The position numbers and the translations under genes are program-made. A DNA stretch of 63,922 nt, filler included, from Globobulimina sp. (lineage: Eukaryota), in NCBI GenBank assembly GCA_003354225.1. It is 22 parts of 22 records of this genome, joined end to end, with 100 filler letters (N's around TTAATTAATTAA, not from the genome) between each part and the next. Parts side by side here need not be neighbours in the genome. Positions count along the whole stretch, not along the records: positions 23,297 to 26,107 come from PIVH01004783.1; positions 26,208 to 29,018 come from PIVH01004784.1; positions 29,119 to 31,928 come from PIVH01004785.1; positions 32,029 to 34,838 come from PIVH01004786.1; positions 34,939 to 37,747 come from PIVH01004787.1; 17 more parts are not named here. The stretch is one strand, 5' to 3'. Of the stretch, positions 23,990 through 35,463 are shown one piece after another. The notes under the pieces are model-generated. The model was not told the DNA's origin, made no database searches, and was given only the letters and a program-made list of their open reading frames with translations. Within the stretch, counting starts at the first letter, position 1, and the number at the start of each line of letters is the position of its first letter.

Positions 23990-24075
23990 TATATATATTA
24001 TCAAAAAATCATATATATTATCAAAAAAATCATATATATATTATCAAAAAAATCATATATATATTATCCAAAAAA
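23990..24075 (+). repeat. AT-rich minisatellite of about 20-23 nt (TATATATTATCAAAAAA(A)TCA), about 4 copies
   Basis: Direct tandem copies immediately right of the MITE. Confidence 0.75.
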
Positions 24076-24310
24076 TTAGATAATATATGTATTACATGAA
24101 TTTGGAAAAACTAGATATAAAGACTCAAGTTAGAATTTGGAAAAACCTTCTTATCCTTGTTTTGTTTATACTATTTATTAGTGTTCCTTGCTTTTGTATT
24201 GGGTGAAATCTTTAATTGCTTTCTTAGTGTTTTGAAGAAAAAAAAATAAATACAATAGAAAAGAGTGAATGTCATGAAACAATGCCATTATGTTACTTAT
24301 GTTACGTATA

Positions 24311-26107
24311 TCATCTCTTTGAAAAGAAATTCAATATCGATTTCTGTCCTGAGTCTGGCTTCAATTTATTTTTCTTATTTTTCTTTCTTTTCTTCTTTGC
24401 TGGTTTCTTATTTTCATTCTTATTCTCGTTCTCATCCATTTCCAACTTCCTTTTTTTTGTATTTTTGTTATTTGTTTTAATTAATTTCTTTGGCTCAATG
24501 TTCTCTTTCTCGCCCTCCACACATAAATTATGATTTTTATTTTTGTTTTTTACCATTCTCGGAATTTTAAATTTTCGTTTTTTAGATTTATTATTTCGAA
24601 TTTTAACCTCATTCTCATTATTTTCCAATGCACTCGCTTTTTGAAAGCCAGTTCCAAATTTTTCAACCATTTTTTTTCGTTCATTTCGTAATTTTATTCC
24701 TTTATCTTCAAAACATAAACCATTATAATTGATATTCGCGGTTTGAAATCCATTTTTATTTTTATTCTGATCATTATTTGCATATTTTTTCCGTTTTTTA
24801 AATACATTTTTCCTGCTTTTTTTCTTTTTTTTCTCATGTTTATTGTCATAATATCGATTATATTGTATACTTTCCAATGGACATCCTTTGAAAAACTGTG
24901 AAATGGATGTTTTTGATATATGACGGTTAGAATTTTTATTTTGATGATCATTTCTATACATTGCATAACTTAAAAACAATCGTTTTTGTGCCCGCGTAAC
25001 CGCCACAAATGTTAATCGCCGTTCTTCCTCAATGTCATTGGCTGCGATGGCCCGGAAATGTGGTAATTGGCCGTGACTGCAACCGATTACAAACACATTT
25101 CGCCATTCCAAGCCTTTGGATTTATGGATTGTACTTAATTCAATTCTGCCTCTTATGGCACAAAATGGATGCTTATGCTCACCACCATCACTATCATCAT
25201 AATCCAATAATGGTTGTCTTAATGCAATAAATTGCAAGAAATCAGTCAATTTATCATTATTTTCATTGTTATGATCGAATTCATTTGCAATTTTTATGAA
25301 TTCTGTTACATTTTGCCACTTATCATCTGCATCATTTTTATTTTTAATGATTGAATATATGTGTTTTTTATACTCAATTTCTTTTATTATTTCCTCCATT
25401 AAATCGGATATATTGCACATGATATCGTCTTTCATTGTTCTTAACTGATAAATATTAGTTATATTATCCATAAATATCAAAGCTAAGAATCAGTTCGATT
25501 TAAATATTTATGGATAACATTACCTTAACAACAATCTTCAAAAAATGTACAATTTGGTCTTGTTTGGCCGCAGATATTTTCTCAATTTGTCTGATTTTAA
25601 ACAAACTTTGTTGGAATGACAAATTTATGTCCTTTCCATATCGAATAATTTTCTCAATCATTGCATCGCCGATTCCTGTAAATAATTTGAATGAAGATTT
25701 AAAGATTTGTTTCAATGATTTATCGTCAAACACATTATTCAATATTTTCAAAAATAATATAATTTCAACTATCTCCCTCCTTTCATAAAACGAGAGGCCG
25801 CCGGAAATCTTATATTTGAGCATTGATTGGCTTAATTTCTCTTCGATTACACGCGTTTGCGCTGAGGCTCGGTATAAAATGGCGGTATTATCCAAATTAA
25901 ACAATTTATGCGGATTTTCACGCCTAAATTCTTGATAAATCTCACTCAGTTTACTGATAATAAAATGCGCTTCGTCCTGATCACTGGAACATTGTTCAAA
26001 TATAACCATTTCACCCACATTCCCGTCACAGTCCGTTATCATTTCCGTATGCTTTCTGTCCGAATCTCCGCTGCAATTTATAATGTACTTTATAATGATA
26101 AAAATCC
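24311..26107 (-). CDS. UvrD/PcrA/Srs2-family SF1A helicase, C-terminal half (intron 25445-25523)
   Basis: AILYRASAQTRVIEE, GGLSFYERREI, LSTIHKSKGLEW and EEERRLTFVAVTRAQKRL. The Lys-rich tail ends in QKSILNFF. Confidence 0.9.
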
Positions 26108-26207
26108 NNNNNNNNNNNNNNNNNNNNNNNNNNNNNNNNNNNNNNNNNNNNTTAATTAATTAANNNNNNNNNNNNNNNNNNNNNNNNNNNNNNNNNNNNN
26201 NNNNNNN

Positions 26208-28454
26208 CATGACACTTAGGAGCGGGGGATTTGAAGAATTCGTATTTTTTGGGGTTTTGGGCAGGAATAACCATCGAATGTCCCGATGTGATATTAGAAC
26301 TAAACCATCACAAACTGGAGATGAGTGAAGCTTTTTTTTACCAGCAGTCCTTTTTTGCGTTAATCTCGCTGACCTCTCAGATATTTTTGCCTGGTCAGGG
26401 ACCCGGTTTCTTCGGCGCGTCACCGCAGTCTGCGGAAAATGTCATGATTCGCAATGGCGAATTAGGGCTATGTTCACATCACGGTACGTCCACACTTTTT
26501 ATACTGTATACAAACAAATAACTGCGTATACTGTATACAATGGGTTGTTTTACAGGAATTCAAGGCAATTTTAATAAGAATGTATTGATTGAAAATATGA
26601 AGATTCATGATTTCAAGACGCATGGAATACAGTTCAATGGTTTTGATGGCTTAACCATAAAGAATGTGGACGTGGGACCAAACCGAAAAGTGGATGGCTT
26701 GACCCCTTATTATGCGCATATGAAGGCACTATTGCCGACGTATAAGATGATGGTGGAAAGAGAAGAAATCGCCAGAGATACCTGTGTCAATTTTGGCGAT
26801 GCTGAAGATTGTGTCACTATGCCAGAGCTAATTGACGATGTTCAGATATTGTTAGATATGGCATTTGAATATGTCGTGTTTGATAGGGTATGCCACTGCA
26901 TTTTTTTTAGCATTTTCACCTTAAAACCGATCGAAAACGCAACGACTCGGTGTTTCAAACCAAAATTACTGAAATAATTTTTTTGTAGACTGAAAAAAAA
27001 ATTTTGTAGACTGAAAAAATAACTTTTTTTTACAGAATTATGATGAAATCGACGTCGGTCAATATGAAAATGACCCCATTTTCAAGAAAAAAATGGGTCT
27101 ATGGGCCAATAACCGCGACGTCTTAATCAACGATCACCATTCCACGCAAACCGCCACTTTGTACGGAATATTTTTAAATTACATCGGATCGAACGTGATC
27201 GGCTGGTACGCCGGCTCAGAAAGCACCAAATCGCACAACGCATTCTTAGACAATGTGAAAATCCACGATTTGCACCATGACACTTACGAAAACATTGCCT
27301 TTTCGCAAGGCGAGGAGACGGCGGCACAGCGGATCTTAAGTTGTCTGAATGCGCCGTTCAATGCGTACCATATCTTCGGAGAGCAGCAAGTTAATATGAT
27401 CTCCAAATGCAACAATTACATCGCGGACAACGGCCGCAGCAAAGAATGCAGCCAATGGAGGGCTGCGGGCCTCTCGTATCAGGGCAACGCCATCGTAGAT
27501 ATACAATTGCTGTCCTTCGAATTGATTAATACTTACGGGCTGTCGTGGAATTACTGCAGTTCGGGCGCCGCCGACATGGGCGCTTTGGTGGATTTCGCGC
27601 TTCGCGGCGTGCCCTTCGACGAGAAGACGCCGCTATTGGTGGGCAGCCACGATCCGATGATCCATCCGGGCAAAGGAGTGATGGGTTTGCGGCTCAACGG
27701 CGTGGACAAGATCGATATTAAGGACGTGAAGGTGGAGAACATCCACTCGTCGACGGGCATCGGCTCGCTGTTAGGCGGCGACTACGATAACGTGGTCTCG
27801 CAGCAAGCTCCGTATATGAACGGCTTCAGTATGAATATGGTGAATGGGCTGACCATGACCTTTTCGACCAACGTGAAGCTGTCCAATGTGGAGGTGAGCC
27901 ATATTGTGTCCAATACGGGCTTGGCGTACGGCGTTGCGGCGTGGTTTGAGACGATGGTGAAGATTGTGGGCAAGAAAGGCTTGACGATCTCGCACGTTCA
28001 CGCCGGTGCACAGTTGGCGCCGTCTAGCGATTTCCGAAGGGACTCGTACCCGAATCTGAAGCCGGAAGGCTGCGCCTTTCGCGTCTACGATGATGTGATT
28101 TATAATGCGGTGATTGACTTTGATGACAATGTGAACAGTGAGGACAACCTCAATATACAATGCATTTCGGGGCATACGGGATGTTTAATGAACAATGAGC
28201 AGTATACGAACATCGGCATTGTGGAGGAATGCGAGGAGGGGACTATGGGCAGTATGGATGCGGCGAATGTTGGCGCAGTGCGTAGGAAAAAGCGCAGATT
28301 GTTCAAGGTTGGGAAGGTGACGTATGGCATGATTGGGTTTGGTGCGATTTTGGTGTTTGCTGTCGCTGCTTATTATTGTTTATTTTGTTTGAATGGTAAG
28401 GGATTGGCGAATACGTTTAGAAATTCAGAAAATACCCCATTGTTGAAACAATAA
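26208..28454 (+). CDS. Right-handed parallel beta-helix protein with a C-terminal TM helix (5' truncated; introns 26484-26555, 26888-27035)
   Basis: Beta-helix-like repeats (NVMIRNG, NVLIENMKIHDF, GLTIKNVDV, NVKLSNVEVSHI), spliced LGLCSHHGIQGN, a TM segment and an ENTPLL tail. Confidence 0.7.
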
Positions 28455-28946
28455 AGCAAATCTTTTTAGCAGTTAATTTTAATTTGTTTTGTTATACCAC
28501 AACTTATAATTTTATATTTGTAATGACTATGACTGTTGACCTATTCATGCAATATTTATTTTTATTTTTTTTTGTTTTTTAAATTTATGATTAATTTGAT
28601 TAGTCCAAGAAACATATTTTTTGCTGGATTCAAAATGGTCTCTTTGTTGTGTTTTTTTTTGTTCTTTTTTTTTCTTTTTTGTCGTATTTTTTAAGTTTTT
28701 TTTTAAATACGGATATTATTTGTATTCCTGATGAATTACATGAGAGTAAATACCAAAAACATCGTGTTTGATAAAACTACAAAACTGTCTTAGTTTAGGT
28801 TTTATTTTGTGTTTTTTTACAAATGTTTGCTTGTGTTTTGACAATTAATTTTAATTTTTGCATGTTTTGATTTTTTTATAAATATTTTTGTTGTTTCGCA
28901 ACTTAGATTGAAGTCACACTAAATGTAATGAAAACTTTTGAATTCG

Positions 28947-29018
28947 ACAATGTAAACAACGTTTCAATAACGTTTCGGATTTGCTGTTTTGTTATAGAAA
29001 CAACGTTGTTTACATTGT
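28947..29018. repeat. Inverted repeat at contig end
   Basis: ACAATGTAAACAACGTT and its exact reverse complement AACGTTGTTTACATTGT end the contig. Confidence 0.8.
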
Positions 29019-29118
29019 NNNNNNNNNNNNNNNNNNNNNNNNNNNNNNNNNNNNNNNNNNNNTTAATTAATTAANNNNNNNNNNNNNNNNNNNNNNNNNN
29101 NNNNNNNNNNNNNNNNNN

Positions 29119-30263
29119 TCATAATCGTCGTTTTTATTTCTGTATGGAATGACAAGAGACAATCTATAAAGTTCATATATTGATTGCATTTTTGATGATT
29201 GGTGTACGTGAGGACCATATTTGTTTTTATTAAAAATAAATGTTATTTCTTTGATCATACGAATTAAATTATGATTATTAAAGCATATGAATGTATTTAA
29301 TAAACCATATAATGATAAACATAAATAAGCGGCATAGCGCAGATAATTGTCACTGTGAACAGTGTTATCGTAATGTGAAAGTATCAGTTGTCGGTAGCGA
29401 TCAATGCATGGAATCATCATACAAAAAATATATACGATAATAAACCAAAACGTTTTTAAATATTCATAATAGCTGTACTTGGTTTTGTAATTTTGGTTAT
29501 TTGTTTTACAAAGCAAATGGCAGTGCGTATTAATCAAAAAAATGGATAGAAACAAAATTGTAAAAGATGCGAGCCAATAAAATGGTGTTCCAAAGTATTT
29601 GTTTTCATCCCCATCCATGTCAGTGATCCAACAAAATATATCTTTGGAATAAGTTTGGTTTTTGAGCAATTTAATTGGAAATGGTATGCAGGTAAATAAC
29701 AAAGAAAGTGACCAAATGGTAATGTGGTGGATTTTAATTAGTTTATTGGGTAAAAAGGGGAAATATTTTGACATATTATAGTGGTTTGTATCTGCGGTAC
29801 TATCTGAAGTATAACGTAATGAATTTACATATTTCTCAGAATTTGATAATAACCGCAGTGAATGTGGCTGATCGCTATAATCAGCATTCAGTGAATTTTC
29901 ATATTTAGAATCCGAATCAGAGTACTTCCATAATACGTAAATTAATGCAATACACCAAATGGACAGTGAACAGAATGAGAATTGAGACAAAAATGACACA
30001 AATATGCATTGCCACAATGAGGTGACATCAATATCTCTAAAATATACAACCAATGACAATGAAAATAAGCAGTCACATAATACCAAATAGTACAAATATG
30101 TTGTGAATATGTCATATTTTTTGCCATTGTGATTTGAGTATTTCCATTTTTTACTTTTGGATATCAATATTTTGCAAATGGACAATGTAGCAAATAACAA
30201 CAATGATGATACAAATGATATAATGCTTAATATCATGCAAGAAAGATATATTTCAGACGACAT
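29119..30263 (-). CDS. GPCR-like 7TM protein (cAMP-receptor/GCR1-like), 3' truncated
   Basis: SIISFVSSLLL, YLVLCDCLFSLS, CIFVSFLSQF...W, FCWI and SLYGLLNTF follow the CAR/GCR1 pattern. Confidence 0.7.
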
Positions 30264-30286
30264 GATGGGATGACTAGATCCTTAGC

Positions 30287-31618
30287 TTAAATGTACAACA
30301 AACGTCTCAATTCCTGTTTTTTATCAAGTTGTAACAATTGATCTGCTGATATTTTACATTTCATCCATTTATCTGTCCGAATATCCAATATTTCAATAGT
30401 TCCCAAATTGGATTGTGTCCTCTTATCACACATTACTACTAACAATTCATTAGCATTACCATTTGTTGTCAATTTAATACACGGATTATATTTGTGTGGA
30501 AAATTACATTTTGGAAATGCATACCATTTATTTTTATTCAAATCATATTTTTCAGCATGAAATTCAGCAAAAAAACTGCCATGTCCACCCATTATAATTA
30601 GCGAATTGTATCTATTCCAATTTAAAATATTCGAAGCAAATGAACGGCAATAATTCATTGAACATATCCTATTCCATTTGCAATCCGCAGTATTAATATT
30701 GTTCAGATTTATGCATTCCACAGTATTCAAAACAGCCGCTGCTCTGCCACCACATACAAACAATAAATCATCATATAAACCGATTGCTGGATGGCGAGAT
30801 CTTACGTCATTTGTTGGTGGAATTAAATCTGTATTCCATTCAAATTCATTATCCTCAATTTGTAATACTTCAAATGTGTTTAAAATTACTTTTTTATTCG
30901 ATCTTCCACCATAACAAATTAGACCTAACTTCGGAGAATAAATTGAGGCACAATTATTCCGCGATATTTCCAGTGATGGCAATTTAAACAATTGTACCAT
31001 TGAGTCGTTATTATTTATCATATATCCATCGCAAAGAGAGCTGGTTTTCAATGCATTCATTGCATAACATCCACCACATTTGATCAATACATCACATTTC
31101 TTATCTTCATCCTTTTTTATATCTGTATCTGTATCTTGTTCTTGTTTGTTATCATTGTTTTTTGCACTTTCAATCATCGAATATGCATAATTTTCAATGG
31201 CTGAATATGACACATTTTTAGCAATGCAAAATGAACAATATTCTCGGTCCCAAATATTAGCAATGTTTGATTTAGATTTTCGCGATTTTTTTGATGTTAA
31301 TCCTTTGTTCAATTTTGAATGTTTTTTTGCCAGATATTTATTGAATCTTTGTATATATTGAGTTGTTTTGTTGATGTAATTATTGCCAATGTCAGTATCA
31401 TTTGTGACTTTAATGCATTTTATTTGACTCAAATTTGTTTGTTGACCTAAATAACTGCCGGTCACTGCGAGTACATCAAACGGATCAAAATCATCATCAT
31501 ATTGTTCCCTTTTTGCATTGTCAATCATATATCGATAAATATTGTATGCTGTAACTATTAAATAAATGCAATTTATATACAAACGGTTCAGGTGTATCAG
31601 GAGTTGATTTTTCTTCAT
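30287..31618 (-). CDS. Kelch-repeat protein (5' exon structure unresolved)
   Basis: Kelch motifs ICYGGR...FEVL...W, LFVCGGR...TVECI...W...MNYCRS and IIMGG...EKYDLNKNKW. Confidence 0.8.
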   Translation of the reverse strand: MKKNQLLIHLNRLYINCIYLIVTAYNIYRYMIDNAKREQYDDDFDPFDVLAVTGSYLGQQTNLSQIKCIKVTNDTDIGNNYINKTTQYIQRFNKYLAKKHSKLNKGLTSKKSRKSKSNIANIWDREYCSFCIAKNVSYSAIENYAYSMIESAKNNDNKQEQDTDTDIKKDEDKKCDVLIKCGGCYAMNALKTSSLCDGYMINNNDSMVQLFKLPSLEISRNNCASIYSPKLGLICYGGRSNKKVILNTFEVLQIEDNEFEWNTDLIPPTNDVRSRHPAIGLYDDLLFVCGGRAAAVLNTVECINLNNINTADCKWNRICSMNYCRSFASNILNWNRYNSLIIMGGHGSFFAEFHAEKYDLNKNKWYAFPKCNFPHKYNPCIKLTTNGNANELLVVMCDKRTQSNLGTIEILDIRTDKWMKCKISADQLLQLDKKQELRRLLYI

Positions 31619-32028
31619 CTTCGTCCTGTGTAGTCATTCATTTATAATATTTAATAAATATGGTTCAGATATACCTACCAACTGTGCCATGTACCAACAA
31701 CGTTTTTTACTACTTAATTTAGATAATTATACAAACAACTCTTGTTTACCGGAATTCGCAAGCATATTTTGTAAATAATTATAGCCAAAATTATATAAAA
31801 CAAAAACCCACTCAAATAATATTAAATATGGCAAATCAAAACCAAGAATCATCATCATAAAGATGGTAATCTCTCGTTCTTAAATCCAATGCTCCAGAAA
31901 ATCGCCTATCAATACACCTTCGCATTTTNNNNNNNNNNNNNNNNNNNNNNNNNNNNNNNNNNNNNNNNNNNNTTAATTAATTAANNNNNNNNNNNNNNNN
32001 NNNNNNNNNNNNNNNNNNNNNNNNNNNN

Positions 32029-33807
32029 GTCTAAGACTACAATCCCTTAGTAGTAACTTCAATTTGGGAATTGTCATATTTGATGTTCCAATATTTTTGA
32101 CTAATCCCATTTCTACTAATTGCTCCATCTGTTGCCATGCATTCATGTAGTCTTTATGAATATAGGGTTTAGCATTAGGATTACGAGAGTTTACATCACA
32201 ATGTGGCGGATGAAAATTTGGAAAAGGCCAATGAATAAGATAAAGATCCAAATAGTCAAGATTAAGATCAGCTAAAGATTGTTTGCATGATTCAATTATG
32301 TCATCATGTTTATTATTCCAGACTTTCGATGTTATCCACAACTCATCTCTTTTCACTATCCCCAATTCGAAACATTCAATTAATTTTGAGCCAATTTTTT
32401 TTTCATTTCCATAAACTGATGCACAATCAATATGTCGATATCCACCAATAAATTCAGGCAAAGTATAAATACAGCCATTATTCCCATTTTCTACATTGGC
32501 TAATAACTCTTGAATATAATCCATCATTTTACAAACAATAAATGGTATTTTTGATTGCTTGGAAGGACACAACACATCAAATAACATATCGACGCATTCA
32601 TTTTTTGCAATTGCGCGGAAATGTAATTTATTGCTAAATTCGTCAATCAGTTTCAAACTATGTATATACGTATCGTCCATCACAAAATAGCACAAACACA
32701 AATATTCAATCTCTTGCGGTATAATTATAGCTGCGTCTAAACCTAAGTTATTATGTGATATATACGCACGTAATATTAATCTGCATCGACTTATTACCAT
32801 ATCTGTGATATGAAAGGAACTCAACCTCTCATAACCCACTCTGGTATTGATTATATCGCGTTTTTTAATATTATAAATACCATAATTATGTTCATCATAA
32901 ACTTTATATTTTTCATATTGTAACGTTTTATTCATAAATTTATCATATTGTAACCTATTATATTTGTCATATACCGGCACAAATTGAATAGCGCGGTTTA
33001 AACATTTTATTTTGTATTTGTCCTCTAAATCGTACCAGTCATTGCCTTTTGCTTTGACTATGTCCATACATAAGGCGACATATTCACGTTTGATCTTAGC
33101 TTTTTGTGTGCGTTTAGCGTATGAATATAAATAATTTAATGTTTCTGCCATGGACAGAACGGATTCATTCCATTTACGCCAATTTAATACATATTCATTG
33201 ATGTATTTGAGCTCTGTTTTATTGCTTAATTGTATGGCACGGCAAAAATATTTATTTGCTATTTGGTCACCATCAGAGGCCTCTAATCGTAGTGCTGTTT
33301 TACCAGCAAAGTAGTGATAATTTGCAATGGATGGTTTTAGAAACGCGGCCCTTTCAAAATAATGTAAGGCCTCTCTGATATTGCCACAGTAATCTAAGAC
33401 TTTGGCATAATGAAAATTTGTGACTGCTTTGCGGTTATCGATGGAAAGACATTTATGAAATGTTGCTCTTGCTAAAGCATAGCGTTTTTCTTCCATAAAT
33501 AGGTTTGCTTTCAATAATTTTTTATACAAATTAAAAATCTCAAAAAAAAATGGATTGTTATACCTAGTTTGAAATAACCAAAATCGTTACTTTCGTCAAC
33601 TTTTATTGCTTTTTTATAATACATCTTTGCAGCATAAAAATTACCTAAGTTTTGATAAACATTTCCGAGTTTAATTGAGATCATAAAATTATTTGGTGAC
33701 AATTGTTGCAGTTTTAATAATATTTGATGTGCTTCAAGCCATTGAGATTTGGATAATAGGTCTTTTGCTTCTTGTTTTAAATCAAGACACTTTTGGGAAT
33801 TGGCCAT
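32029..33807 (-). CDS. TPR-repeat protein in frame with an N-terminally incomplete aldo-keto reductase (intron 33508-33563; 3' truncated)
   Basis: TPR helices (LGNVYQNLGNFYAAKMYYKKAI, AKVLDYCGNIREALHYFERA). AKR motifs GYRHIDCASVYGNE, RDELWITSKVW, LDYLDLYLIHWP and GLVKNIGTSN. Confidence 0.75.
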
Positions 33808-34014
33808 CGCAGTGTGTAATGACTGTGTATGGCGGTCAATCGTCGGTTATTGGATGGTATTTTGTGATGGTATTATGCATGGAATGGTGACATGGTAATA
33901 TAGCATGTATGTGTTTAAAAAAAAGTTTACTTTCCGTACATTAGGAATTCTTTTGGTTTTTATAATTAAATTTCAAGCAAGAAAATAACACAATAATACA
34001 GTACAATAAATAAA

Positions 34015-34720
34015 TTAATCAATACTTTGAAATTCCTCAGTTGATGATTGTTTTCTTTGATCACCATTTTGATTGTCATCGATATCTTGTTTACGCTCAA
34101 TTGCATCATTTAAAACCTTTAACCATTGCTGTATCATCGCAATATATTCACAAACAACCTCTCTTAGACATATTACACTCATTTTAATTGCTTCCAACTC
34201 ATTCATATTAATCTCGACCGCATCCACTGAGTTGCCATTATTGCCATCAACAATAACCACTGAATCCGATTTACTATCATCCACATTTAGGCCATCCGCA
34301 TATTTACTAATCTGCGAATTGGTTGATATCCATTGCATAGTTTCAATGCACCCATTTAACACAGCAATCATTTCTAAATGTAACGGATTAATCATATCCA
34401 TTTTGCACATCCCATATTGTATGAATTTTGCATTTAAAATGGTTTGTAATTCTTTATTTGATGCATTATTCATACCCTCTTTCAATTTATTTTTCAATTT
34501 TTTCAACTCATCAGATGAGGATATTTTATATGTTACATACTGCGATTTTAATTTGTCAAACACCTCAACCTTATCAGACAAATCTTGTTTTATTTTCATA
34601 TATCTTCTCTTTAATTCTTTCATGTTTACCGAAGCTTTTTGCAATGTTTTCCGTAATTTCTCCGATTCCTCTGATTTTCCCATTGTTTCTTCCTCAAAAA
34701 TACTGATTTTATTTTCTTCA
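34015..34720 (-). CDS. Coiled-coil hypothetical protein, C-terminal exon
   Basis: Heptad-rich ORF. Upstream exons are cut by the contig end. Confidence 0.55.
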
Positions 34721-35463
34721 CATTCCTTTTTTGTATATATTTATATATAAATACATTATAAATAGAATAACTTAACTTTTTTATGTGCGTTTATTGTATC
34801 AATTTCCTTTTGTAATCTAATCGTTTTTTCATTTAATTNNNNNNNNNNNNNNNNNNNNNNNNNNNNNNNNNNNNNNNNNNNNTTAATTAATTAANNNNNN
34901 NNNNNNNNNNNNNNNNNNNNNNNNNNNNNNNNNNNNNNACATAACACAACAAAGGTGCTTCGATTACACACATACACAAATTATAACACACAAACAACAC
35001 AAACACACACAATAACCGACAAATTCAGCTACAATTCATTCAAATTGGCCAAACGGTTCAAGCTCAGGTTGTGGTTCTGTTTCATGCTCTCTTTCTCGTC
35101 TGATTCCAGTAAATAATTGCTTCTCTTTCTCGTCTGATTCTTCCTCGATTACCACAATTAATTGCATAAATAGGAAACAATTTCGTCGCATAATTCAACA
35201 TCTCAGATTACAGCTGCTATATACATCATTTTAATGAATGGAAAGTTCACTACCATGTTAATAGATGAAAAACTTGTTAAAATGTCAATTGCTGATTGTA
35301 GTCCTTGCACACTGCCTTTATGATTAGCCATTAGTGCCCATTACGCGATGAAATTGAATATGGAATCAACAAGAAAAAATAAGAAAATACACACAAAAAA
35401 CCTTTCATCACAAACAAAAAGCAACAAAAAAAATTAACAAAAATAATAATTAATTTAGAATAA

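Noticed and set aside
28947-29018. Terminal hairpin as a functional element
   Set aside because: It lies exactly at a contig end, so a fold-back or assembly artefact cannot be excluded.
35088-35140. Direct repeat TCTCTTTCTCGTCTGATTC, two copies
   Set aside because: A simple local duplication with no further structure.
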